Positions 8,160-18,445 of a stretch of 64,000 nt of DNA are shown piece by piece. This stretch comes from a virus. The stretch covers positions 1-64,000 of the IMG/VR virus record IMGVR_UViG_3300049491_000419; one strand, 5' to 3'. The first letter of the stretch is position 1. Each line of letters begins with the position of its first letter. A program made the translations under genes and the position numbers. The notes beneath the pieces were generated by a model. It did not search any database. It had not been told where the DNA came from and worked only from the letters and a program-made list of their open reading frames with translations.

Positions 8160-8184
8160 CATATTCATCTTGTTAGTGTATACT
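8156..8184 (+). promoter_or_regulatory. sigma70-type promoter
   Basis: TTGACA-N17-TATACT, followed by an AGGAG RBS. Confidence 0.85.
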
Positions 8185-8201
8185 ACTAACAGGAGAATAA
8201 T

Positions 8202-8720
8202 ATGACACAACAAAATGTAATGGTAGACGTCGAATCCGACGGTCCCTGCCCCGGTATGCACAGCATGATTTGTTTCGGCGCTGTGATTGTTGAACCCGGA
8301 CTTCAGCGTACATTCTACGCACAACTTAAACCTATTTCGGAAATCTATATTCCCGAAGCACTCGCTATTAGTGGATTTAGTCGCGAAGACTGTATGAAGT
8401 TTCCTGAGCCACGCGATGCTATGCAGAACTTTGAAGCATGGCTTGAGAAGAATATTCCTGGCAAGCGCCCGATCTTCTGGTCTGATAATAATGGATACGA
8501 TTTCGCATTCATGAACTATTACTTCTGGCAGCAACTTAATCGTAATCCATTTGGTTGGTCATCATCCAACCTCGGTTCCTTCTACAAGGGATTGAACAAG
8601 GATTTGTACAGTACATTCAAGCACCTACGTGAAACAAAGCACACCCACAACCCTGTGGATGATGCAAAGGGCAATGCCGAAGCATTGCTGAAGATGTTTT
8701 CTATGTTGAGGACAAAGTGA
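8202..8720 (+). CDS. DEDD-family 3'-5' exonuclease
   Basis: VDVESDGP (ExoI), YDF (ExoII), HNPVDDA (ExoIII). Confidence 0.85.
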   Translation: MTQQNVMVDVESDGPCPGMHSMICFGAVIVEPGLQRTFYAQLKPISEIYIPEALAISGFSREDCMKFPEPRDAMQNFEAWLEKNIPGKRPIFWSDNNGYDFAFMNYYFWQQLNRNPFGWSSSNLGSFYKGLNKDLYSTFKHLRETKHTHNPVDDAKGNAEALLKMFSMLRTK

Positions 8721-8950
8721 AGAAGGTACATGTAAAATGGATTGGACCCAATGATCCGATGATTAGAGTTGCCAGAAATGATGCTCGTTTATATCTTACC
8801 AAGAGAGAACTTCTTGATTTAAGAAACGAGATCACTGAGTTCCTTAAATACTACCCGGATGATTTTAGTGCCGGGAGAATTGATGATGAAACTCCGCCAG
8901 AGGATATTTCGGTTTGGGCAATAGACTATGACAAAAAAGTTACCGGGTAA
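8717..8950 (+). CDS. hypothetical protein
   Basis: GTGA overlap. Confidence 0.65.
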   Translation: MKKVHVKWIGPNDPMIRVARNDARLYLTKRELLDLRNEITEFLKYYPDDFSAGRIDDETPPEDISVWAIDYDKKVTG

Positions 8951-9071
8951 GACACATTCACATCGTTCAGCACAAAGTATGTTGAAGGAGATTGAAGACT
9001 TAAAGATTATGAATGAGAAGTTGAAGTCTCTCATTAAGGATATTTTGGATATGCTGGAGAAGAAGTTATGA
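8928..9071 (+). CDS. 47-aa coiled-coil peptide (not in ORF track)
   Basis: MTKKLPGK...LKEIEDLKIMNEKLKSLIKDILDMLEKKL*; ATGA overlap with the next gene. Confidence 0.55.
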   Translation: MTKKLPGKTHSHRSAQSMLKEIEDLKIMNEKLKSLIKDILDMLEKKL

Positions 9072-9541
9072 CTATGCACCTAGAGCGTGGGCTTACCACA
9101 ACTTCAACAAAGAAGCGTAAGACAAAAGTAACCAAGGCACAACAAGAAGAACTTGAGCGTGGTTGGAGAGAAAGGAATGTGCGGCTGAAACAAATGCATC
9201 TTCCTAAAGAAACATTTGAACAGTACCTGGAGTGGGTATATGGCACGGGCAAAAAAACGAAGAGACAAGAGGCTTATGAACCAAAGGCTTCGAAAGCCAC
9301 TACCACGACGTATCCTGGCCGAAAACAAGAAGTATCCAAGGAAGGGACCGCGCCCGGGAGGCTTACCGGCACTGAAGTTTCCCAACCGGCCCGTATTTGG
9401 GTCACTGGACCCTGTGCGTCTAAACCGTCGCCAATCTATACGGGGACCAAGGTGGTAGGAATTTCGCAGATGGCTAAATCAAATGCTGTTCCTGTTTTTA
9501 GCTCAGATGAAATACTTGATATTGCAAGAATGCGCCGATAA
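9068..9541 (+). CDS. basic hypothetical phage protein
   Basis: C-terminal YTGTKVVGISQMAKSNAVPVF...MRR motif seen in T4-like phage hypotheticals. Confidence 0.75.
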   Translation: MTMHLERGLTTTSTKKRKTKVTKAQQEELERGWRERNVRLKQMHLPKETFEQYLEWVYGTGKKTKRQEAYEPKASKATTTTYPGRKQEVSKEGTAPGRLTGTEVSQPARIWVTGPCASKPSPIYTGTKVVGISQMAKSNAVPVFSSDEILDIARMRR

Positions 9542-9789
9542 TGTTAGGAATATATTATCTAGATTATTCGGAAGTAACATTCCCGAGGTCTCGTAGAAAA
9601 ATGATTATCGGATATACTAGATCCGACCTATTACAAAAGATACTAGAGAAAAATATTCCTGATAACTATTTCTGTTGGTTACAGGAATGTAGAACACCGG
9701 GTTACCTAGTAGAGGGTAACCTAGAAACAGTAAGGGCATGGATCGATACACACATGCCCGAAACATTTGGAGAACCATGGAAGACTTAG
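9541..9789 (+). CDS. hypothetical protein
   Basis: TAATG coupling. Confidence 0.6.
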   Translation: MLGIYYLDYSEVTFPRSRRKMIIGYTRSDLLQKILEKNIPDNYFCWLQECRTPGYLVEGNLETVRAWIDTHMPETFGEPWKT

Positions 9790-10043
9790 AACTTTTCAGA
9801 GACGAGGACTTTGATGACAAACATATTCCCACCAAGTGGGATTACTTTGAGGCAATGGATAGGTCTTCTATTGCATTTGCTCAGCTGGAGGGGCTACTCT
9901 ATAATCATCCAGGACTAGACAAGGAACAGGCCAAAATGGCTGCACAGGCCTTTGGGTTACTGTTTGAGATATATCAACGGGCCGGTTCTAGGTTCTTTGA
10001 TCTAACAAGGGGAGAGGATGATAAAGATAGCTCACAGGGGTAA
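9777..10043 (+). CDS. hypothetical protein
   Basis: GGAG RBS before ATG 9777. Confidence 0.6.
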   Translation: MEDLELFRDEDFDDKHIPTKWDYFEAMDRSSIAFAQLEGLLYNHPGLDKEQAKMAAQAFGLLFEIYQRAGSRFFDLTRGEDDKDSSQG

Positions 10044-10464
10044 CTTCGCTGGCCGCGTCGAGGAACGCGAAAACACAGTTTCTTATATCGAAGAAGCTAT
10101 TGCATTAGGTTACGACGTTGAGGTTGACGTATGGTTGATTGACAGGCAATGGCACCTTGGGCATGACTTTCCCGGGGAAAAGATTGAACGAGAGTTCCTA
10201 CAACAACCGATGATTTGGACTCATGCTAAGAATCTAGTTGGTTACGTTAGCCTCTATAACAATCCATTAGTACATACCTTCTGGCACAATAAGGACGATT
10301 TTGTATTCACCTCTAAGGGCATTAAATGGTGCAAGACCCATGTCCTAACTTATGATGGTGTTATGGTAATGCCCGAGTTCAATGATTATCATACCGATAT
10401 ATTGAAGAACGGGCATTCACCTTTGGGCGTATGTTCAGACGACTTTAGGAAGTTTGAGCGTTAG
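10018..10464 (+). CDS. GDPD/PI-PLC-like phosphodiesterase
   Basis: IAHRGN...ENT...VEVDVW...LGHD...HAKN...GVCSD. Confidence 0.85.
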   Translation: MIKIAHRGNFAGRVEERENTVSYIEEAIALGYDVEVDVWLIDRQWHLGHDFPGEKIEREFLQQPMIWTHAKNLVGYVSLYNNPLVHTFWHNKDDFVFTSKGIKWCKTHVLTYDGVMVMPEFNDYHTDILKNGHSPLGVCSDDFRKFER

Positions 10465-11173
10465 CCAGATAGTAATCTAGGTCTTCTGGTGTCCCTACAG
10501 ACCAGAACTTATTTGCATGACGAGTGTAGATTTTCATCCCTTGCTCAATCGCAATGTTATAGACGGGCGCAATATAGAATTCATTCTTGAATCTTATATT
10601 GCGCTTTATCATTTCCTCTGCACACTTTACAAAGTCACTACCTCTGCGCCAGTAGTAATGCCCGGTTGTTGCATGCGTAGATATCTGTATTTTTTCTGCA
10701 ATTTCTGTGGCAAAACCCTTGGTGTCTACCGCAGCATAGGACCACTTAGGCCCATCAGCCTCAATGAGAACAATACCACCATCTTTGTCCTCAAAGCTCT
10801 TCATCACGTCAATGTTTCCCCATTCGATAAGGTTATCGGAATTGACAATAAGTAACGGATCGAAACTGTTGATAATGTTCTTTGCAAATAGAAGTGACCG
10901 AGCTGCGCCGTCTGTGACTTCCGTAAGTGTTACAATATTGCAATTTGGAACAATGCTACGAAGTATTCTATAGGCATCGAATTTCTCTAGATGTTCCTGT
11001 TGAACGATGAATGTATACTTGGCATCAATGTTTAGATTGTCGACTACATGCTCAATCATTGTTTTACCATTAAACATTATCAACGGCTTAGGAACTTTGT
11101 AACCCTGTTCGACAAATCTGGATCCAGCACCAGCCATAGGGATTACTACGTTTAGATTTTTTCTGATATACAT
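10445..11173 (-). CDS. sugar-phosphate nucleotidyltransferase (BcbE-like GT-A fold)
   Basis: IPMAGAGSRF...PKPLI...NSD...EK...EFYIAPVYN...GTPEDL. Confidence 0.9.
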   Translation of the reverse strand: MYIRKNLNVVIPMAGAGSRFVEQGYKVPKPLIMFNGKTMIEHVVDNLNIDAKYTFIVQQEHLEKFDAYRILRSIVPNCNIVTLTEVTDGAARSLLFAKNIINSFDPLLIVNSDNLIEWGNIDVMKSFEDKDGGIVLIEADGPKWSYAAVDTKGFATEIAEKIQISTHATTGHYYWRRGSDFVKCAEEMIKRNIRFKNEFYIAPVYNIAIEQGMKIYTRHANKFWSVGTPEDLDYYLANAQTS

Positions 11174-11778
11174 TATTCAATCCATTTCTTAAATAGGTCG
11201 AGCGTTAGGTCTGCTGGGCTATTTATTTTGATAACCGTAGACAATGAGTTATAGCCAGCAGCAGCACCTTCGTCTGTATCATCAATAAATAATGTATTCT
11301 TTCCATCAACATTTAATCTTTTGTAAATCTCAAATAGCATGTCGGGTGCAGGTTTTCTATTTGGTACATCTTCGCACGATACAATGGTATCAAAATACTT
11401 TCGAAGATTAGTTATATCTAAGATGTGATTCATATTCATCAACCTGCTATTTGATGCAATGGCTGTTTTGATATTCTTAGAGATTATATACTCAAGACAT
11501 TCTATAACATTAGTTGGTGCTGTTAAGTTCTTAATCTTATCGTAAAAGATATTGTCCTTCAATGTAAGTATGGTATGACAGGCATCAATATGAAACTGGA
11601 AAACAGATTGAATTAACCTAATCTTCTCCGCTGTCGACGCCATGCTGTGCTCAGAAACTTCTGGGCGACCCGTAGTATCTATGCCGGTGACTATTTGAAT
11701 GGCAGAGATTAGAGAATCCCTATGAATAATATTTGTTGAAACTAATACCCCATCTAGATCAAAAATAATTGCCTTCAT
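11173..11778 (-). CDS. HAD-family phosphatase
   Basis: FDLDGVL, ASNS, KPAPD, IDD. Confidence 0.9.
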   Translation of the reverse strand: MKAIIFDLDGVLVSTNIIHRDSLISAIQIVTGIDTTGRPEVSEHSMASTAEKIRLIQSVFQFHIDACHTILTLKDNIFYDKIKNLTAPTNVIECLEYIISKNIKTAIASNSRLMNMNHILDITNLRKYFDTIVSCEDVPNRKPAPDMLFEIYKRLNVDGKNTLFIDDTDEGAAAGYNSLSTVIKINSPADLTLDLFKKWIE

Positions 11779-12581
11779 AGGTATTTGTTAAAGTATCCAT
11801 TAATCCATTTTTGTTGTGCAGCCTCAACCACCTCGGACGGCCACACTCTAAGCATAGGCTCTTTACCCCAAAGATCAATTTCGTGAAGTAATCTTAGATC
11901 ACGCCAATCATGCTGAGTATCTAGAATTTCCATAAAGTTGTCTGTAGGTTTAGCCCAATATCTACAGAAAGTCAGATAACTTAATTCTCCAATATGTTGT
12001 ATTGGTAAAATATCATTGACATATTTATACCACCATAAATGCCAGTTTGTTTCATTATCATTTGCCCATACGTCAACAGATAATGCATTCATTAATATAG
12101 CCATATTTTCAGTGGATGACATAAAAAGAACATCGGGAAGAAGATTCTTGTCTAGTGAAGTAGCCCAGGCAAAACCAATAGAGTTGTTAAATCTTTCTAA
12201 ATTAATTAACTCTGGAGTCGGTATAGGTGTGAAGAAAATATCTGGCCGCATAATAATGATATAATCATATTCTATTCCGCTACTTATAATTAGTTCAAAT
12301 CCGGCCTTCCATCGATTAATCATCTTAGAGTTATATTTAACCTCCTTAAAAGATTCATGAAAGTCAATTCTTATAGTTGCCGCTCGGCCCAAGTCTGTGA
12401 TAATCTTCTCCGCAGAGACATGTTCGGTTCTACTAAAATTTATTTTTGGAGATAGGTATTCCGTTTTATCCCACGTACTAAAATAAATGTCAATCCCTGG
12501 GCTATCAAGGAAAGGCATAGTTTTTCGAGTGACATCAAATTTACGATATTCTCCACTTAATAGAATTGCAATTCTCTTCAT
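11775..12581 (-). CDS. putative glycosyltransferase-like protein
   Basis: IAILLSG.YR, DIYFSTWD, YDYIIIMRPD pattern seen in polysaccharide-locus proteins. Confidence 0.55.
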   Translation of the reverse strand: MKRIAILLSGEYRKFDVTRKTMPFLDSPGIDIYFSTWDKTEYLSPKINFSRTEHVSAEKIITDLGRAATIRIDFHESFKEVKYNSKMINRWKAGFELIISSGIEYDYIIIMRPDIFFTPIPTPELINLERFNNSIGFAWATSLDKNLLPDVLFMSSTENMAILMNALSVDVWANDNETNWHLWWYKYVNDILPIQHIGELSYLTFCRYWAKPTDNFMEILDTQHDWRDLRLLHEIDLWGKEPMLRVWPSEVVEAAQQKWINGYFNKYL

Positions 12582-13159
12582 TAGAGTCTAATACTCCAAA
12601 CACAACTATTCTTATGCAGAATCATTTTTTTGTTTAGCATTTTTTCTAACCTGGCCACATTCTCTACAACATCCGGATAATGAATGATTGGACTGTTAAA
12701 TTCATTGTAGTAATCATGCCCACAAATAATTCCGTGAGGCTTGATTTTAGGCAACCAAAATTCAATACAATTCCAGTCGTCGGGATTTGTATGAGCAGCA
12801 TCAATGAATACCATATCAACAGGTTCCTCCCAGGCCGGTATAACTTTTTCAATCATCGACAAATGTATTGGTGTTATATTCGAACAGTCCTTTGTGAATG
12901 ACTTAAACACATCTATTGAATTCGGCCTCTCAATGTCGTCATCGGTTTTAACTATCCATCCCGACCAATAATCTAAACAATAAATTTTCGATGTCGGTGA
13001 TGATACAGAGAGGCAATAAGATGACTTACCATGCATCGATCCTAATTCTATAATAGTCCCATTTGTTACAGTCCGTGCTAGTGCGGCCAGACCCCTCATA
13101 TCATTTTCAGTGAACCATCCGGGTATATTTAAATTGTGTTTAATCTGTTCTGGTGTCAC
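12581..13159 (-). CDS. class I SAM-dependent methyltransferase (Methyltransf_24-like)
   Basis: IIELGSMHGKS, DMVFIDAAH, GIICGHDY. Confidence 0.85.
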   Translation of the reverse strand: MTPEQIKHNLNIPGWFTENDMRGLAALARTVTNGTIIELGSMHGKSSYCLSVSSPTSKIYCLDYWSGWIVKTDDDIERPNSIDVFKSFTKDCSNITPIHLSMIEKVIPAWEEPVDMVFIDAAHTNPDDWNCIEFWLPKIKPHGIICGHDYYNEFNSPIIHYPDVVENVARLEKMLNKKMILHKNSCVWSIRL

Positions 13160-14529
13160 ATCTGTTCCTTGATTGTAATATAAAAATCAAACAACTCCGG
13201 GAATGTTTCTAGGAAATCTGTCCCACGACGTTTATCATGTTCATCAACAAATCTAACAAAATCTTTTTGTTCCTCAGTAACTTCAGTTGGATCTTCTCTA
13301 TCAACAAGCATCTGATAAATTCTTGTGAACTTATCTGCTTCCCATTCAAAGAAACCTTGATGCGGATTTTCTGGGCCTTGCAAATTTGCGTACATAAATT
13401 CGGCCTGAGCCTTCATTCCCTCTATTAGATTTTTCGGAAGTATGAATACTGCCTGATGAGCTGGCCAACGAAGATATGGAGTATCTAATATAAGTGCCGA
13501 GTATGGCATACCTTTCTTATAAAACTCCTTCTTAATTGCTAGTACGTCAATGAGAAACCTATCATATTGAAACACACTTAGAGCATTATAGGTACTCATA
13601 ATAGTGAATGTACAATTCGGCACTTCTGTTAGTACACGTCGAATATTGGACAACCATTTATCGTAATCTAACCCGTTTCTAATATATTCTGCTTGCTTGC
13701 CATATGTGTCGGCACTGGTAAAGATCTTGAACTGTTTTACCTTATTCTCAGTACATACTATCTTAATCTTCTCGATAAACTTATCTAATAGTACATCGGG
13801 AACACACATATTACTGTTAATAGACAGATGCAGATTTGGGTGCGGAGTCTCAATAACATAATCTAGAATCTTCAATGTATCCTTAGTCATTAATGGTTCA
13901 CCACCAGTAATTCTGAAATGGTCAAGTTGCTGAGATACTGTTGGCCACCATTTCCAGAATGCGTCAACATAGGGATTTTCATCCTTGTGTGGGATAGGCA
14001 TTGCATCCTGCTGTTTTAGCCATTGAATGTTTCCAAAGTTTGTCGAGGTTGGATAAGGTCCAAATCTTTCAATTTCTTCCATCCACTTACTGCTTACTTG
14101 AGGAGAACAATAACTGCATTTGAAATTACAAACACTACTAAAGGACACCTCTACATACGATGGTACTACGTCAGCATCCCACGGCATATCTTTGATTAAA
14201 TCGATATGCGGAGTAGCCCAGGGTTCTGCTGATTTATATGATCGATCGCTGATGGAACCTGTATCTTCTACCCTCCAACAATAATCACATTCATCTGGTC
14301 GTATACCATTAAGCATCTTTTGACGCTGAAGCTTTTTGAAATGCGTATTGTGCAATGCACTTGGATTATTCTTTAATTCAAGCAATGGTACTTTATGTGG
14401 CCTAGGGTGGTGACAACTATGAGTATGCCCAGTCTGAAGGTGCATAGTTACCTGCTGCCATTTCGCAGCACAGAAGGACGGACTAATAGCATTAAGCTTA
14501 TCTCTAATGAATATAATCTTTTCGCTCAT
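13156..14529 (-). CDS. radical SAM protein with N-terminal twitch/SPASM-like Cys cluster
   Basis: CNFKCSYC, TGGEP; N-terminal CAAKW...SCHH...CDYCW. Confidence 0.9.
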   Translation of the reverse strand: MSEKIIFIRDKLNAISPSFCAAKWQQVTMHLQTGHTHSCHHPRPHKVPLLELKNNPSALHNTHFKKLQRQKMLNGIRPDECDYCWRVEDTGSISDRSYKSAEPWATPHIDLIKDMPWDADVVPSYVEVSFSSVCNFKCSYCSPQVSSKWMEEIERFGPYPTSTNFGNIQWLKQQDAMPIPHKDENPYVDAFWKWWPTVSQQLDHFRITGGEPLMTKDTLKILDYVIETPHPNLHLSINSNMCVPDVLLDKFIEKIKIVCTENKVKQFKIFTSADTYGKQAEYIRNGLDYDKWLSNIRRVLTEVPNCTFTIMSTYNALSVFQYDRFLIDVLAIKKEFYKKGMPYSALILDTPYLRWPAHQAVFILPKNLIEGMKAQAEFMYANLQGPENPHQGFFEWEADKFTRIYQMLVDREDPTEVTEEQKDFVRFVDEHDKRRGTDFLETFPELFDFYITIKEQM

Positions 14530-15122
14530 GTTGTCCCTATAACCATATATCGTGTGTACATGGGCATTGTTAATTTACCCTTGTACAGAATTTTAGATAG
14601 ACCAGATTGCTGATCTAATTCCTCTTCGCTGTCAACACAGTTAACGTGACCATTGCCTTCTCTGTAATTATTTGATTGAAGGATAACTGTTCTGCCTCGG
14701 GGAATAATATTTACCCACTCTCTTAAGTCGAGAATGTGTTCGCAACTTGTGTTGATAATGATGTCTTCGGTGTAATGATATTCGTACATATCAGCAGTGA
14801 TATATCGCATTGCGGTATTATCATAGATTAAGTTATGGACAAACTTTTCGCATCGTGGATCAATGTCAATCATGTTGATTCTGACACTTGGCAGGCGATA
14901 CTTAATCATCATGCCGAGCGTACCATACCACGCGCCGGCAATTGCAAAACTCTTATTTTGGTGAATAGCATCTATTTTGACGAGCTCCCTTATAAGCCAT
15001 TCCTTACTCCTAATCTGCCCGGAGCTAAACATGTCTCTAAATTCATTATAGCGAGGTGCATACTCCTCTGGTGTGGAGTACAGTGCATCTGTATACTGTA
15101 TCATGAATTGAGAATTAATCAC
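14526..15122 (-). CDS. putative class I methyltransferase
   Basis: AIAGAWYG, IDIDP, INTSCEH, LQSNN. Confidence 0.7.
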   Translation of the reverse strand: MINSQFMIQYTDALYSTPEEYAPRYNEFRDMFSSGQIRSKEWLIRELVKIDAIHQNKSFAIAGAWYGTLGMMIKYRLPSVRINMIDIDPRCEKFVHNLIYDNTAMRYITADMYEYHYTEDIIINTSCEHILDLREWVNIIPRGRTVILQSNNYREGNGHVNCVDSEEELDQQSGLSKILYKGKLTMPMYTRYMVIGTT

Positions 15123-16120
15123 TTGTTTGTTTTCCTTAGTTCATTCAGTTCGGCTTCTGTGAACAGCTTATTCATACGTGGAACATTAACGTATGCAGCC
15201 TTATAGAATCTACTTTGAGTTTCATCAAGCTCGGCAACTTCTACCCCTAATCCTTTTCTTAGCTTAACTCCGAGATCCTTAACGTCAGCCCAGAGTTCTT
15301 CTTTGTTCCATGTAAAGTTTGTCTTGTAACATTTCTCAATATCACGTGCATCGGGCATTGCAACAAATTTCACTTTAACTTTGTCATCAAACATTCGATT
15401 TAGATAATCAAAGTCACGAACATTAACATAATCCCAGTCCGTTAAATTGGTCTTGTAGCATCCTAGTCGTGCTCCGTACATAGCCCACAACCCATTTTCC
15501 ACGTCAGCACCTACACTACACCAAGTAATAAGCCTCTTATAGTTTCCCCACCAAATACTCTTCTTGAAATTATCTGGATCTACCTTGCCACCCTGACTTA
15601 GACCCATCTTAACACCCTCTCGAAAACCTGCACGGAAAGCTTGTCGAGGACTACCATTTGGAAAGGTAACACTATATTGGTTGGTCATTTGAACGTAACT
15701 ATCTTCCCAGCAGAAATCAACTTGGTTGCGTTCGTCACCGGTATCGGCATTCTCATGAGTACGCATGTTGAGTACATATTCCTTTGGCCAGCACTTAAGG
15801 CCACCATTACCGTATTCCAATCCGTTAATATGGTTTGACGCTGCCCAGCTTACTGCCTTACCTTGCAATTTTGGATGTTCAAAATCAAGTTCTAAATCAA
15901 AGAAACTAGGATCAATAATATTATCAGCATCAATGGAAATAAATCTGTCAGTTGCTGATAACTCGGCTGCTGCTTTGTGCGCTGCATCGGATCCCTTAAC
16001 GCCATGAACACGCTGGGCCCACGGAACCTTAGCCTGTAGGTCGTGCCAATGCTCTTCACAGTTATCCTCATCGTAACTGATAAAGATAACATCGAGTTCG
16101 TTAAGAAGTTTGAACGCCAT
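15119..16120 (-). CDS. glycosyltransferase-like protein (GT-A, DxD)
   Basis: DVIFISYDE, VHGVKG..AAH, FISIDADN. Confidence 0.7.
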   Translation of the reverse strand: MAFKLLNELDVIFISYDEDNCEEHWHDLQAKVPWAQRVHGVKGSDAAHKAAAELSATDRFISIDADNIIDPSFFDLELDFEHPKLQGKAVSWAASNHINGLEYGNGGLKCWPKEYVLNMRTHENADTGDERNQVDFCWEDSYVQMTNQYSVTFPNGSPRQAFRAGFREGVKMGLSQGGKVDPDNFKKSIWWGNYKRLITWCSVGADVENGLWAMYGARLGCYKTNLTDWDYVNVRDFDYLNRMFDDKVKVKFVAMPDARDIEKCYKTNFTWNKEELWADVKDLGVKLRKGLGVEVAELDETQSRFYKAAYVNVPRMNKLFTEAELNELRKTNK

Positions 16121-16725
16121 TAAATCTTTTCCTTATATCCGTATCCACTAATGATTTTCTTAGTGTATGCGCTTGTGTTCTCGCATTCGCCTGTATAGTT
16201 AAAATACATCAAGCCCTTATGAAATAGATCATTAGGTGAAAAGGTAACACTAAAAAGAAGATGATACGGATCGTGCTTCTTAGTAATATGCACTGATGTT
16301 TTTCCTAATTTTAGGAATTCGTCAACATCATCTTTTTGCTCGCCTGTACCGTAAGCATATATGTCTTTGAACTCCGGCGCGATCTCTACCAAAATTGTTT
16401 TACTGGATTTCTGATTGACAATAGAGATAATTGTTTCGCCTGAACGTGGAGGACCAATTTCAGTTAGATAGTTATCAAGCGTTCTGACGTAATCAACTTC
16501 AACAATCTTTTTTGTTATTGTAAATTTCTCACCCGACAGTGTTCTCTGTTTCTTAACCGAGTAATCCGATGGATTTCGTTTACCGGAGATAAACATTTCA
16601 ACATCCGATAATCTCATCGTTGCAACTGAGCACGACTTATCGATAAAATCATTTAGGGATGGTGCAATAGCTTTGATGTCTCCATTTTCGTCGTAGAACA
16701 CATACATCATTAGAAGTACATTCAT
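16120..16725 (-). CDS. hypothetical protein
   Basis: Start at ATGA overlap 16725. Confidence 0.7.
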   Translation of the reverse strand: MNVLLMMYVFYDENGDIKAIAPSLNDFIDKSCSVATMRLSDVEMFISGKRNPSDYSVKKQRTLSGEKFTITKKIVEVDYVRTLDNYLTEIGPPRSGETIISIVNQKSSKTILVEIAPEFKDIYAYGTGEQKDDVDEFLKLGKTSVHITKKHDPYHLLFSVTFSPNDLFHKGLMYFNYTGECENTSAYTKKIISGYGYKEKI

Positions 16726-17567
16726 AGACCTAACCTCACTTCTAACTTGCGAAGGATATCGTCCGTAAGCCATTCTTTAACTTGATAGTGGAATGGTAGA
16801 TACTGTTCGTAGTTGCCAATCTTAAACTTGCATTCATCGTTGAAGTATGTAGGAATACTCTTTGTCCAAATTTCGTCGATGAGTTTCTTGTCAACGTTCT
16901 GTACATGTGATTTCATATGTACAAAGGTGGGAATAGAATCAATATCAAAGCATTCGTCTTCCATGCCTAGGATTTTAATAGCAAGTGCATATGCAACATC
17001 GCCCGACAAGTTCTTTGGGCGTGTCTCATCCATAAACTCATAGAAGAATCTTTCCCAGTTCTCAAAGATAATCTGGGTCATCTTAAATACTTCAAGTGCA
17101 ATGTCTGTCTTCTTGAAATACATAAAGGCAGTATAGGCATTTGGTAATTGATTGGAGGCAAAGGATGGTCGGTAGTCTTGGGCTGTAATAATTTCACCCT
17201 TAAAGGTTCTGGGCTTATCTGTAATCCAGATATCCTTCTGTGCTAATGTGTCCCACCAGTAACTAATGTCTGTTGGAAAGATCATATCTGCATCTAGTAC
17301 AACAGTCTCATCAAACGGAGTCATGTAATAATACTTCCATTTGTTTTCGATCTTCCAACGAGATGTTTGCGCCTGATCGTTCCACGGAATAGGAATAACA
17401 TGGTCGATGACTGTTCTATATTTTTCAGGAACTTCATCATTGGTAGCAATGGCTACTTGGTTAACTGTGCTCTGTGTTCCCTTGATACTTAGAGCAAGGG
17501 CGTAGGCAAGTTTGACGTAATCGTCCTTCTTTGTATTCTGCGCGAGAATTAAATAGCCTTTGCTCAT
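16722..17567 (-). CDS. glycosyltransferase (GT8-like, DxD)
   Basis: TPFDETVVLDADM, DVAYALA, FVHMK. Confidence 0.75.
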   Translation of the reverse strand: MSKGYLILAQNTKKDDYVKLAYALALSIKGTQSTVNQVAIATNDEVPEKYRTVIDHVIPIPWNDQAQTSRWKIENKWKYYYMTPFDETVVLDADMIFPTDISYWWDTLAQKDIWITDKPRTFKGEIITAQDYRPSFASNQLPNAYTAFMYFKKTDIALEVFKMTQIIFENWERFFYEFMDETRPKNLSGDVAYALAIKILGMEDECFDIDSIPTFVHMKSHVQNVDKKLIDEIWTKSIPTYFNDECKFKIGNYEQYLPFHYQVKEWLTDDILRKLEVRLGL

Positions 17568-18445
17568 TTTCTGTATAGGGAAATTAGTTTGTCAGAATGA
17601 CGATTGATTGCCCATTTATTCATAATATGGACATCTTGTTTCTTGAGGCGTGTTAGGATATAGTTTCCCTTCGCCTTATCTTTTTCAACGTAAAGAATAA
17701 TATCGTCAACTCCCGGAACGGAATGAATATCATTTACGTCCCACGACATGAGCATGCCATTAATGGGCAACTCTTTAATGACAGATTCAAAGTCGTTGAA
17801 TCCATTGAGCATATGAATGGCAATGCTTACCGCATGATCATTTCTAAACATGCCGTTAGAGAAATAATACAGATCCCTATAATAGGCATAGTTTTCTTGG
17901 ATGTGTCTCATCAGGGAAAACAAATGTTCAGCCATAGATGATTTTCTAAAATAGATTACTGTTGCCCAATATAGCTTGATACCCATGTCGTCAATATTCT
18001 TACTATACGGTGCAACTTGGTCAACGGGAGAATAAATTCTATGGTTGACCATTACATCGTGTATACTATCCCAGCAGGCGCTTAATGCTGAACTCATAAT
18101 CAAATAATCAACATCAATAAACAATGTTTCTTCGTAGGGTGATAGTTCGTATGCAGCCCAGTGGTTAGCATTATAGAATTGCAATGTTTGTGTATTGTAA
18201 GAGGTATCTCCGAAATGTCTTTTATTGTTAAAAGAATAATCTCTATCTACAACAACAATATTATCAAAGCATTCGTCAACAAGATCACCTAGGGCTTTTC
18301 TACCCCAGTCGACGGTACCCGAATCAGTGACCAGTGTTACCGGTACCTTCAGGTTTTTCTTAACCATTAACGCATTAGCGCACGCAATCTTAAAATAATC
18401 AATCTCAGTATTGTTGTGAGCATACATTAGAACTCCACGACTCAT
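17564..18445 (-). CDS. glycosyltransferase (GT8-like), paralogue of the adjacent gene
   Basis: SPYEETLFIDVDY, FRND.AVSIA, HIMNK. Confidence 0.75.
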   Translation of the reverse strand: MSRGVLMYAHNNTEIDYFKIACANALMVKKNLKVPVTLVTDSGTVDWGRKALGDLVDECFDNIVVVDRDYSFNNKRHFGDTSYNTQTLQFYNANHWAAYELSPYEETLFIDVDYLIMSSALSACWDSIHDVMVNHRIYSPVDQVAPYSKNIDDMGIKLYWATVIYFRKSSMAEHLFSLMRHIQENYAYYRDLYYFSNGMFRNDHAVSIAIHMLNGFNDFESVIKELPINGMLMSWDVNDIHSVPGVDDIILYVEKDKAKGNYILTRLKKQDVHIMNKWAINRHSDKLISLYRK

